Shown here piece by piece: positions 17,569 through 26,240 of a DNA stretch of 57,927 nucleotides. Numbering within the stretch: position 1 is the first letter of the stretch; the number at the start of each line of letters is the position of its first letter. Made by a program: the position numbers and the translations under genes. Source of the DNA: an uncultured Gammaproteobacteria bacterium (GTDB lineage: Bacteria > Patescibacteriota > Patescibacteriia > JAGPKW01); contig CAZHKK010000003.1 of NCBI GenBank assembly GCA_964532735.1, forward strand, positions 1 to 57,927, in the 5' to 3' direction. A model generated the notes under the pieces. That model searched no databases and had not been told where the DNA came from. It saw nothing but the letters and a program-made list of their open reading frames with translations.

Positions 17569-19767
17569 TTATTTTTTAGAATCTACAACAACTGGTTGTT
17601 CTTTATTTACTGTATCTACTTTTTTGTCTTCCATCTTTGGTCTTTCTTTAAGTGCTTTTATTGAAAGACTAAGTTTTCCAGAAGGATCTTTTTCTATAAT
17701 TTTTACTTTAACCAAATCTCCAATTTTAACAATATCCTCAACTCTTCCAACTCTTTTCCAGTCTAGTTCAGAAATATGAACCATACCATCTTGGGTTGGA
17801 GAAATTTGAACTATTGCACCAAAAGCCATTATTCTAGAAACTTTTCCTTCTAATATTTCTCCTACTTCAAAATCTCTAGTAATATCTTTTATCCACTTTA
17901 TAGCATTTTTCATTCCCTCAGATTCTTTTGATGTTACAAAAACAGTGCCATCATCTTCTATGTCTATAGAAACACCTGTAACTTCTATTATTTCTTTAAT
18001 CATTTTTCCGCCTGGACCAATAACATCTTTTATTTTTTCTGTATTAATTTTAAAAGTTTCTATTCTTGGAGCGTATTTAGAAAGTTCTTTGTTTGGTTCT
18101 TTAATAATTGATTCTAATAAATCCAATATTTTAAACCTTGCTCTTTGAGCTTTTTCTAAAGCATCTTTTATTATATTTATATCAATACCATTTGTCTTTG
18201 TATCCATCTGTATTGCGGTCACACCATCTCTAGTTCCTCCAACCTTAAAATCCATACCACCCAATCCATCTTCCATATCTTGAAGATCTGTAAAAGTTTT
18301 CCAATTTCCTTCTTTATCTTGTGCCATACCAATAGCTATTCCTGCTACTTGTTTTTTTATAGGAACACCTGCATTCATTAATGATAAAGTTGACCCACAA
18401 ATAGAAGCCATAGAAGATGATCCATTTGATCCCATAACTTCTGAAACTACCCTTATTGTATATGGAAATTCATCTTCTTTTGGTAAAACAGGTTCTAATG
18501 CTTTTTCTGCAAGAGCCCCATGTCCTATAGCTCTTCTTCCTATTCCTCTTAATGGAGCAGCTTCCCCATAAGAAAATGGGGCATCATTATAATGATGCAT
18601 ATATTTTTTTGTAAACTCCTCTTCCATACCATCTACGGTTTGTTCATCACCAGGTGCTCCTAATGTTACAATTGATAATATTTGAGTTTCTCCTCTTTGA
18701 AATATTGCAGAACCATGAGTTCTTGGCAATATAGAAACTTCACCACTTAAAGACCTTATGTCTTCTATACCTCTTCCATCAACTCTTTTGTTTTTATTTA
18801 GTATAGCAAGAGAAACTTGTTCTTCAATAAAATCTTCAAAAATACTGTTTAATATCTTTTCTGAAGAAAAATTATTATTTTCACCTATTTCATTATTTAA
18901 GAAATTTATTGTTTCCTTTTTTAAATTAGAAAGAACTTCTTTTCTTTGTTTTTTTGTTCCTACTGGAATATTAAATAAATATTTTTCCAATAAAGGAATC
19001 ATAAAAATTTTTGATTTTTCCGCTAAAATATTTTCTTCATCTGATAAATTTTCATAACAAAGTAAATTTTCATTTATTTTTTCCTGTCCTATTTCTTTTC
19101 TTATAGAATTTATAAAATCAACTATAGGCTTCATTTCTAACATTGCTTTTTGAAAAGCTTCATTTAATAAATTTTCTGGAATCTCTTTTCCTTCCATTTC
19201 TATCATTAATATTTTTTCACTACTTCCTGAAACTGTAAAATCTAAAGATGAAGTTTTTCTTTGTTCATATGTAGGATTGATTATAAATTCTCCATTTTCG
19301 TAACCCAATCTAATACCTGCTATAGGTCCATTAAATGGAATATTTGATATATGTAAAGCTGCTGAAGAAGCTATTATACCAAGAACATCAGGATCATTAT
19401 CTTCGTCTAAAGATAACACCGTAACAATAACTTGAACATCATGTCTTATTTTTTGATTAAATAAAGGTCTTAATCCTCTATCTATAAGTCTTCCAGCCAA
19501 AATAGCTTCATCTCCTGCTCTACCCTCTCTTTTTATAAATCTTGATCCTTTTATTTTTCCAGCCGCATACATTTTTTCTTCAAATTCAACCATTAGTGGA
19601 AAAAAATCTGTATCTCTCTTTTCTTTTCCTAAAACAACAGTTGCCAAAACGACAGTATCACCATATCTTACCGTACAACTTGAATTTGTTTGATGTGCAA
19701 ATTTTCCAAATTGTATTTCTAATTCTCTTCCCGCATATTGTGTTTTAAATGTTTTTAGTTCGTTCAT
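17569..19767 (-). CDS. pnp: Polyribonucleotide nucleotidyltransferase (PNPase)
   Basis: Two RNase PH domains followed by KH and S1. 732 aa. Confidence 0.95.
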   Translation of the reverse strand: MNELKTFKTQYAGRELEIQFGKFAHQTNSSCTVRYGDTVVLATVVLGKEKRDTDFFPLMVEFEEKMYAAGKIKGSRFIKREGRAGDEAILAGRLIDRGLRPLFNQKIRHDVQVIVTVLSLDEDNDPDVLGIIASSAALHISNIPFNGPIAGIRLGYENGEFIINPTYEQRKTSSLDFTVSGSSEKILMIEMEGKEIPENLLNEAFQKAMLEMKPIVDFINSIRKEIGQEKINENLLCYENLSDEENILAEKSKIFMIPLLEKYLFNIPVGTKKQRKEVLSNLKKETINFLNNEIGENNNFSSEKILNSIFEDFIEEQVSLAILNKNKRVDGRGIEDIRSLSGEVSILPRTHGSAIFQRGETQILSIVTLGAPGDEQTVDGMEEEFTKKYMHHYNDAPFSYGEAAPLRGIGRRAIGHGALAEKALEPVLPKEDEFPYTIRVVSEVMGSNGSSSMASICGSTLSLMNAGVPIKKQVAGIAIGMAQDKEGNWKTFTDLQDMEDGLGGMDFKVGGTRDGVTAIQMDTKTNGIDINIIKDALEKAQRARFKILDLLESIIKEPNKELSKYAPRIETFKINTEKIKDVIGPGGKMIKEIIEVTGVSIDIEDDGTVFVTSKESEGMKNAIKWIKDITRDFEVGEILEGKVSRIMAFGAIVQISPTQDGMVHISELDWKRVGRVEDIVKIGDLVKVKIIEKDPSGKLSLSIKALKERPKMEDKKVDTVNKEQPVVVDSKK

Positions 19768-19781
19768 TTTTTTACCTTCCT

Positions 19782-19836
19782 TAATAAACAGATTTTAGAC
19801 TAGAAATTTATTTTACAGTCTATGATCTGTTTATTA
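19782..19836 (-). promoter_or_regulatory. Long hairpin in the pnp 5' leader
   Basis: TAATAAACAGAT/ATCTGTTTATTA (12 bp) plus inner TAGACT/AGTCTA. It lies directly upstream of the SD AAGGAAGG of pnp. Confidence 0.5.
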
Positions 19837-19857
19837 AATTAATTAAATAATTATTTA

Positions 19858-19897
19858 AAATAAAGGAACGTGCTAATAAGATAGGCACGTTCCTTAT
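19858..19897 (-). terminator. Terminator after rpsO
   Basis: AAGGAACGTGC/GCACGTTCCTT 11-bp GC-containing stem (19863-19895), followed by a U-rich tract. Confidence 0.65.
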
Positions 19898-19900
19898 TAT

Positions 19901-20206
19901 TTAAGCCTTTGGCAATTCTTCTATTTCTGTTTTTCCTAATGCTTTATCTTTATTAATTTTTTCCATTAATACATCAAATCTTTCTTGTGATTCTTTTTGT
20001 AGTTCTTTTAAAAATCTTCTTCTTTGAGCAACTTTTCTAATAAGACCTCTTTTTGAGGAAAAATCCTTTTTATGTTGCTTTAAATGTTCAGCTATATCAT
20101 TTATTTCTGCTATTAAAATCGCAATTTGAACCTCTAAAGAACCTGTATCATTTGTATGAATAGCATACTTTTTAATTATTTGAGCTTTTAATTCTGGGTT
20201 TAACAT
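19901..20206 (-). CDS. rpsO: Ribosomal protein S15 (with short C-terminal extension)
   Basis: TGS.EVQIA...HLK.HKKD..S.RGL...V..RR..L motif series. Confidence 0.93.
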   Translation of the reverse strand: MLNPELKAQIIKKYAIHTNDTGSLEVQIAILIAEINDIAEHLKQHKKDFSSKRGLIRKVAQRRRFLKELQKESQERFDVLMEKINKDKALGKTEIEELPKA

Positions 20207-20381
20207 ATTTTTATCCTTTCTTATATCTAAGCATTGGTTGCTCGATCCTAAAGCCGAGATATGGATTATTTATTAATTAAATACTTCAATCATCATACCA
20301 TTCTTTTAATATTAAGTCAATTTGACAAAAATTAATTAATGTATTATTATATTAAAAATTTATTTTATAGACGGAGGTTTT

Positions 20382-20672
20382 ATGAAAGATTTTTTGTTAT
20401 CAGAAATTGAAATAAGTGAAGATATAAAAAATATTATAAACAATGATAAAGAAAAATATAGAGAACTAATTAATGATATAAATATTTTTTTAGGAGAATG
20501 TTTTCAAGCAAGTGCAATAGCAATACTTGATATAAAAAATGAAAATTCTTTTAATTTAGAAGAAGAAATGAAATTACTAAAATTAAAATTAAAAAAAGAA
20601 TTTAATTATATTAATTTTGATAATATAGAAAAAAGAAAACTGTTTGACATTTTGTATAATGTTTTAAAATAA
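20382..20672 (+). CDS. Hypothetical protein (96 aa)
   Basis: SD GGAGG at about 20372. No recognisable motif. Confidence 0.55.
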   Translation: MKDFLLSEIEISEDIKNIINNDKEKYRELINDINIFLGECFQASAIAILDIKNENSFNLEEEMKLLKLKLKKEFNYINFDNIEKRKLFDILYNVLK

Positions 20673-20704
20673 AATCTAATTCAATAAAGAATTAGATTTT
20701 TTAA
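20671..20704. terminator. Bidirectional terminator between convergent hypothetical genes
   Basis: AAATCTAATTC-AATAAA-GAATTAGATTT 11-bp stem. Confidence 0.55.
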
Positions 20705-20706
20705 TT

Positions 20707-21510
20707 TTAATAACTTTTAAAAATTTTATTAATTTCTTCCATGCCTATTTTTTTAATAATTTTATTTACTGAATTATAAAATTCTAAAGACCAATCCGTT
20801 ATTATTGTTCTAACTCCATTTTCTTTTAATGTTTTTACTGTTGGGACTATTACGTTATTAGGAAATATTACATCCGGGAAAAATAAGCTTTTTTTAAATT
20901 TTATTTTTTCAACTTCATAAGATGAAAGATAATCTGGTCTATCTTGATCTGAATTTAATTTTTTTAAATAAGAATTTTTTATTTCTTCTGCGCTAATATC
21001 AAAATTAAACTTAATATCTCTTATTATTCTTACTATACAACATATTAGAGCATCATGTTGTATTGTTCTATTTCTATCAAATATCGCAAAATCTTCTGCA
21101 GAATTTTTATTCTTAATATCTTTACTTAAATCAAAATTTTTAATTGATAAAATATATTCTTTTGTTGATTTTATAACATTAATAAAATCTTCTTCAATTA
21201 TTTTTAACCAATCATTTAATTTTTTTTCTATATTAATATATTCTTCAGAATTTTTATCTAAAATTTTTATATTTCTTATTGTTTTTAAAATAGAAATCAT
21301 TTCTGATAAATAAATGTTATTTTTTAATATATCTTTCAAAATTAAATCTTTATCTTTATCACATTCTTGATATTCTTCAAATTCTTCAAATTCATTATCA
21401 TTATGATATTTAATTTGACCCGAAAAATTATTCGTTATTCTTTTTAACATGTCTTCTTTTATGTCATCTTCTATTGAAGTTGAATTTAAAATATTAAAAT
21501 TATTTTTCAT
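20707..21510 (-). CDS. Hypothetical protein (267 aa)
   Basis: Long ORF with a single notable motif, FDRNRTIQHDAL. No confident family. Confidence 0.55.
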   Translation of the reverse strand: MKNNFNILNSTSIEDDIKEDMLKRITNNFSGQIKYHNDNEFEEFEEYQECDKDKDLILKDILKNNIYLSEMISILKTIRNIKILDKNSEEYINIEKKLNDWLKIIEEDFINVIKSTKEYILSIKNFDLSKDIKNKNSAEDFAIFDRNRTIQHDALICCIVRIIRDIKFNFDISAEEIKNSYLKKLNSDQDRPDYLSSYEVEKIKFKKSLFFPDVIFPNNVIVPTVKTLKENGVRTIITDWSLEFYNSVNKIIKKIGMEEINKIFKSY

Positions 21511-21773
21511 TTTTTATAATAATTATTAAAACATTATCTATTCTATCAGATTTTTTTACCTGTGTATAACTTTGTAGCGTAAAATCAATGTTATAATATT
21601 TTTTGTCTAAAAAAAGCCATTTTTTATAAAAATCCTTAAACCCTTTATAGTATTGGATTTTATATTGTTGATGTTTTTAAAAAGTGATATATTATTAATA
21701 TCTGAAGATATGAAAAGGTCGTATTTATACAATAAATAAAGTCTAATTTAGACAGAAAGGTAAGGTGATATTT

Positions 21774-22046
21774 ATGAACAAAGCTGATTTAATAAATGCT
21801 ATAGCTAAAGAAGCTGAAATTTCAAAAAAAGCTTCTGAAGTTGCTTTGAATACATTCATGGCTTCTGTTACTAAAGCATTAAAGAAAGGTGACTCTGTTG
21901 TTTTAACAGGTTTTGGTACTTTCTCTACAATGAAGAGAAAAGCTAGAACAGGTAGAAACCCACAAACTGGTGCTGAAATTAAGATCCCAGCTAAAACTGC
22001 TCCTAAATTCAAACCAGGTAAAGCTTTAAAAGATTCAGTTAAATAA
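21774..22046 (+). CDS. hup: DNA-binding protein HU
   Basis: MNKADLINAIA...GFGTF..R.ARTGRNPQTG..I.I. I prefer the ATG at 21774 (SD AAGGTG 6 nt upstream) over the GTG at 21765 in the ORF track. Confidence 0.92.
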   Translation: MNKADLINAIAKEAEISKKASEVALNTFMASVTKALKKGDSVVLTGFGTFSTMKRKARTGRNPQTGAEIKIPAKTAPKFKPGKALKDSVK

Positions 22047-22078
22047 TTAACTGACTTATGTCGAGTACGACAAAATCA

Positions 22079-22109
22079 AAAAGCCCACAATTAATTTGTG
22101 GGTTTTTTG
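22079..22109 (+). terminator. Terminator after hup
   Basis: AAAGCCCACAA-TTAAT-TTGTGGGTTTTTT. Confidence 0.65.
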
Positions 22110-22189
22110 ATTGTAAAAATATTATAAATAATGTAAATTTATATTAATTTAAAACTAAATGAAAATTAAAAAAATTAAATTTATTTATT

Positions 22190-23692
22190 ATGTATTTACA
22201 ACTATACAATACAAAATCTAGAAAAAAAGAAGAATTTAAAACTGTTGATGATTCAAATACTGTTCGTATTTATAGTTGTGGTCCTACTGTTTACGATTAT
22301 GCTCATATAGGTAATTTTTCTATGTATATTTTTACTGATTTACTTAGAAGATATTTAGAAAATGGTCCTCAAAAATTTTTAGTTAAACATGTTATGAATA
22401 TTACTGACGTTGGACATCTTAAAGTTGATGACGACGAAAATTATGACCTTGCTGCTGGTGAAGACAAATTTGAAATTGCATCTCGTAAAGCAAATCTTGA
22501 CCCTTGGGAAATTTCTAAAAAATATACTGCTGTTTTTTTAGAAGACATGAAAAAATTAAATATTTTAAACCCTTCTGAAAATAATGGTTTTATGCCTCTT
22601 GCTACTGATAATATAAGACAAATGCAAGATATTATTAAAAAATTAATTGATAATGGTTACGCCTATATTAGTGACCAAGAAAATGTTTATTTTGATGTTT
22701 CTAAGTTTCCAAATTATGGTAAATTTTCTGGAAAAACATTAGAAGATCTTGAAGCCGGAAAAGGTGGAAGAATAGATGTTGAAGAATTATTAAAAGATAA
22801 GAAAAATATTTTTGATTTTTCTTTATGGATTACTGATGAATCTCATATTATGAAATGGGATTTCCCTTCTGTTATTAAATCTGGAAAAATGGGTTATCCT
22901 GGTTGGCATATTGAATGCTCTGCTATGTCAATGAGATATTTAACGGACATTTTTAATTCTAATAATCCTGATTTTTCTAAATTTAAAACACTAGATATTC
23001 ATACCGGTGGAGAAGATCATATATTTCCTCATCATGAAGATGAAATAGCTCAATCAGAAGGTGCTACAGGTATTGAATTTTCTAATTTTTGGCTTCATAG
23101 AAAACATATTCTTGTAAATGGACAAAAAATGAGTAAATCCAAAGGTAATTTTTATACAATTTCTGATTTAGAAAATGGAAAACTTGGTGGAATTAAATTT
23201 AATGCATTAGATTTTAGAATGTGGGTTTTGCTTGGACATTACAGAACACAAAGAGACTTTACTTTAGAAACAATGCAAGAAGCTAAAACAATTAGAGAAA
23301 AAATAGAAAAAATATTAAATAATAAAAAACCTTACACTTCAACACTTTTAGACACGAATAAAAGTTATAATAATTATAGAGATGAATTTTATAATGCTTT
23401 AAATGATGACTTAAATACTTCAAAAGCTATATCAATATTATTTGAAATGGAAAACAATTTAGATTGTATTGATAAAAATTTCTTAAATGAATTTAATTCT
23501 ATTTTTGCAATTATAGATACAAATAAAAAAAATGAACAAATATCAGAAGAAATAAAAAATATTGCAAAAGAAAGATGGCAAGCTAAAATCAATAAAGACT
23601 TTGCTAAATCTGACGAATTAAGAAATAAATTATCAGAGTTAGGCTATGAAATGAAAGATGGGAAAGATAATTATGAAATTATGAAAAGATAA
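22190..23692 (+). CDS. cysS: Cysteinyl-tRNA synthetase
   Basis: HIGN and KMSKS motifs and a WHIEC zinc site. 500 aa. Confidence 0.95.
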   Translation: MYLQLYNTKSRKKEEFKTVDDSNTVRIYSCGPTVYDYAHIGNFSMYIFTDLLRRYLENGPQKFLVKHVMNITDVGHLKVDDDENYDLAAGEDKFEIASRKANLDPWEISKKYTAVFLEDMKKLNILNPSENNGFMPLATDNIRQMQDIIKKLIDNGYAYISDQENVYFDVSKFPNYGKFSGKTLEDLEAGKGGRIDVEELLKDKKNIFDFSLWITDESHIMKWDFPSVIKSGKMGYPGWHIECSAMSMRYLTDIFNSNNPDFSKFKTLDIHTGGEDHIFPHHEDEIAQSEGATGIEFSNFWLHRKHILVNGQKMSKSKGNFYTISDLENGKLGGIKFNALDFRMWVLLGHYRTQRDFTLETMQEAKTIREKIEKILNNKKPYTSTLLDTNKSYNNYRDEFYNALNDDLNTSKAISILFEMENNLDCIDKNFLNEFNSIFAIIDTNKKNEQISEEIKNIAKERWQAKINKDFAKSDELRNKLSELGYEMKDGKDNYEIMKR

Positions 23693-23693
23693 A

Positions 23694-23722
23694 AAATACG
23701 GTAATAATTTACCGTATTTTTT
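23694..23722 (+). terminator. Terminator after cysS
   Basis: AAATACGGTAA-TAAT-TTACCGTATTT followed by a T-run. Confidence 0.65.
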
Positions 23723-23781
23723 ATTGACATATTTTTTTTATAAGGATAATCTATTATCATCACAACTTAATGGAGGCATAT

Positions 23782-24216
23782 ATGAGTTTTTCTGCTACAA
23801 AATACCAAAAGGTAAAATATGGCCAAGAAAGAAGTGTTATTAATCATAAAGATTATTTTAATAATTCTTATGATTTAATTAAAATTAAAAAAAGAAAAAA
23901 CAAAATCACTTCTGCTTATTTAAAAAAAGACATAGAAATATATATTAACGATTTTAAGTTTAATTTAAGATCTAACCAAATTATAACTTTTCATCCTAAT
24001 AATATGTTAAAAAATTTTTATGCTGAAAATTTAAACATACATTCTTTAGTTTTTAAAAAAGCAAAAATATATATTGGCAGCAATGGAAAGATACAGGTTA
24101 TAGTATCAAAAAATACAAAAATAAAACTTTTTAAAAGCAATAAAAAAGAGTATATGTTAGTTGAACAATCAAATTGTAATATTCCAGAATTAAAACGAAA
24201 CTTATTGATCGTATAA
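23782..24216 (+). CDS. Hypothetical protein (about 144 aa)
   Basis: I prefer the ATG at 23782 (GGAGG at 23772-23776) over 23770. TTGACA-17-TAATCT lies at 23724-23752. No motif recognised. Confidence 0.55.
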   Translation: MSFSATKYQKVKYGQERSVINHKDYFNNSYDLIKIKKRKNKITSAYLKKDIEIYINDFKFNLRSNQIITFHPNNMLKNFYAENLNIHSLVFKKAKIYIGSNGKIQVIVSKNTKIKLFKSNKKEYMLVEQSNCNIPELKRNLLIV

Positions 24217-24218
24217 AA

Positions 24219-24256
24219 TAAAAACGTAAATATTTAATTTAAATATTTACGTTTAT
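24219..24256. terminator. Bidirectional terminator
   Basis: Perfect 15-bp stem AAACGTAAATATTTA/TAAATATTTACGTTT (24222-24254). Confidence 0.6.
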
Positions 24257-24877
24257 TTATTTTAAAACTATTATTTTTAAAACTTTTGCACCAAAATTTT
24301 TTGAATCTACTTTATTTTTCATCCAAACATCTAATCTATCCATGCCTGTAAATCTTTTATTCATTCTATCTTCAACATAAAATATTCTATCTCCAAAATA
24401 TTCTGGAATTAATATTTTTGTATGAAAAGGTAAATCGTTGGTAGCTACTATATCTTCCACATCTCTCTTGCAAACATCCATTCCAGAAGCTGTTATACAA
24501 GGAGTATCATCGGTTTGTCCAGGCTCACTATTATACGATGTTACTGTAGCTATATAAGAATCCTTAACTTGATCTTTATATTTTTCCATAACCTTTTTTA
24601 CTTCTTCATTTGTCTTCTTAATAAGAATTGAAGGTTTTTTAATTTCTTCTTTTATTTCTTCTTTTATTTCTTCTTTTATTTCTTCTTTTATTTCTTTAAC
24701 TAAAACAACATTTGAAACTTTTGGTTCCAATTTTAAAGGCTCCTCGGCTATTGCTTCGTGTATTATATGACTTTTTAAATCTTTAAAAATTCCCATTTTA
24801 TAAGACAAAATACCCCCAATAAATATTATTGATAAAACTTGTATAGTAAATACAATTTTCCATTTAAAATCCTTCAT
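24257..24877 (-). CDS. 3D-domain (MltA/YabE-like) cell-wall protein with N-terminal anchor
   Basis: C-terminus ATVTSYN..PGQTDDTPCITASG...VATN.LPF.T...IP matches the 3D domain. N-terminal TM helix and an EIKE repeat linker. Confidence 0.8.
   Translation of the reverse strand: MKDFKWKIVFTIQVLSIIFIGGILSYKMGIFKDLKSHIIHEAIAEEPLKLEPKVSNVVLVKEIKEEIKEEIKEEIKEEIKKPSILIKKTNEEVKKVMEKYKDQVKDSYIATVTSYNSEPGQTDDTPCITASGMDVCKRDVEDIVATNDLPFHTKILIPEYFGDRIFYVEDRMNKRFTGMDRLDVWMKNKVDSKNFGAKVLKIIVLK
24643..24696 (-). repeat. 12-bp in-frame tandem repeat (EEIK)n
   Basis: TTTCTTCTTTTA repeated about 4.5 times within the 3D-domain gene. Confidence 0.85.
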
Positions 24878-24995
24878 TTATTATTATCTTATTTATTATT
24901 TAAAAGACATTAGCAAAAAAAAATATTTTTGTCAATAAAGTTTTATATTTTTTTATCTAAAATAAGCAAAATAAATAAGAACACTCATGGTGTTC

Positions 24996-26003
24996 TTATT
25001 TATGTCCTAAATGTTTATATGCTAATTCCGTAACAACCCTACCTCTTGGCGTTCTTTGTAAAAAACCTGTCTGAATCAAAAATGGTTCATAAACATCTTC
25101 TATAGTTGCCATTTCTTCTCCAGTAGCTGCTGATAAAGTATTTAACCCAACAGGACCCCCATTAAATTTACTTATTATAGTTTCTATTATAAACCTATCT
25201 GCATGATCCAATCCTAATTCATCTACCTCTAAAGAATTTAATGATTGTTTTGCTTCTTCTTTTGTAATTTTTTCTTTGTTTTTTACGCAAACATAATCCC
25301 TAACTCTTTTTAATAATCTATTTGCTATTCTTGGTGTTTTTCTTGATCTTTTAGCTATTTCCATAGCTCCTTCATCGTCTATTTCTATATTTAATATATT
25401 TGCAGATCTTTTTATTATCTCTTTTATTTCTTTGTCTTCATAAAAACTAAGCCTAAAAACATTACCAAATCTATCTCTTAAAGGAGAGGATATCAAACTT
25501 ATTCTTGTGGTTGCTCCTATTATTGTTATTTTTGGGAGATCTATTCTTATTGTTTTAGCAGAAGGTCCTTTTCCAACTATTATATCTAATGCATAATCTT
25601 CCATTGCTGGATATAATATTTCTTCAACAACTTTATTTAATCTATGAATTTCATCTATAAACAATATATCTCCTTCTTCTAGGTTTGTTAATATAGCAGC
25701 TAAATCTCCTGCTTTTTCCAATACCGGACCAGCAGTTATTTTTATATTAACCCCCATTTCATTAGCTATTATATTAGCAAGAGTTGTTTTTCCTAGTCCT
25801 GGAGAACCATAAAGCAATATGTGTTCAATAACATCTTTTCTTTTTTTTGCTGCTTCTATTGATATAGAAAGATTTTTTTTTATATTGTTTTGACCTATAT
25901 AAGAATTTAGGTCTTTTGGTCTCAAAGAATAATCTACTACCTTATCCTCTTCTAATTCTTCTGATTTTATTATTCTATCTTCTATTTCTTGTTCTAATTC
26001 CAT
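24996..26003 (-). CDS. ruvB: Holliday junction helicase RuvB
   Basis: LRPKDL..YIGQ, GPPGLGKTT-type Walker A (GSPGLGKTT) and DEIHRL. I place the start at Met54 of the tracked ORF (ATG at 26003-26001). The 53 aa upstream look like translated AT-rich spacer and overlap a structured element. Confidence 0.93.
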   Translation of the reverse strand: MELEQEIEDRIIKSEELEEDKVVDYSLRPKDLNSYIGQNNIKKNLSISIEAAKKRKDVIEHILLYGSPGLGKTTLANIIANEMGVNIKITAGPVLEKAGDLAAILTNLEEGDILFIDEIHRLNKVVEEILYPAMEDYALDIIVGKGPSAKTIRIDLPKITIIGATTRISLISSPLRDRFGNVFRLSFYEDKEIKEIIKRSANILNIEIDDEGAMEIAKRSRKTPRIANRLLKRVRDYVCVKNKEKITKEEAKQSLNSLEVDELGLDHADRFIIETIISKFNGGPVGLNTLSAATGEEMATIEDVYEPFLIQTGFLQRTPRGRVVTELAYKHLGHK

Positions 26004-26080
26004 TTTTACTATTGACAAAATATTAAATATGTGATAATGTATGTATACCTTGAAAATTATATCATACAAAAAAAATAAAT

Positions 26081-26240
26081 AAAATAATGTTTTTAAATCT
26101 GTGGGCACGACAAGCGGGAGATTAAATCTTCGGGGAAAAGGGATTAGTCTTTTTTCTTCCATTGGGTAATCTTTTTGCTCACAGTTTTAAGGACGTTATT
26201 TTTTTATAAAAACACCATTTATTTATGGTGTTTTTATTTT
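26081..26240 (+). ncRNA. Candidate plus-strand structured sRNA (family unassigned)
   Basis: 26081-26107 pairs with 26176-26202 (26 bp, 4 G.U pairs, only on the plus strand). GC-rich internal hairpins. Upstream TTGACA at 26012-26017 and TGtGATAAT at 26030-26038. Terminator hairpin at 26208-26235. Confidence 0.4.

Noticed and set aside
21743-22012. Antisense and overlapping short ORFs in the track: 21743-22012, 39737-40075, 10971-11189, 3305-3577, 5688-5987, 33946-34359, 55269-55541 and similar.
   Set aside because: They overlap well-supported genes on the opposite strand or lie in promoter spacers. They have no SD, and they encode Phe/Ile/Leu-rich strings as expected from the reverse strand of A-rich coding sequence.
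22047-22189. T-box or other leader riboswitches upstream of the aminoacyl-tRNA synthetase genes (cysS here; also lysS at 1555-1676 and leuS at 54468-54553).
   Set aside because: The spacers are only about 85-145 nt and are largely occupied by the terminators of neighbouring genes. No T-box AGAGA/GNUGGUA-type conserved sequence is visible.
26004-26162. N-terminal 53 aa of the tracked ruvB ORF ([13 protein letters not shown]...IFNILSIVK).
   Set aside because: Starting at Met54 leaves about 26 aa before the LRP..L..YIGQ motif, as in other RuvB proteins. The upstream part is hydrophobic junk typical of translated spacer and overlaps the structured GC-rich island.
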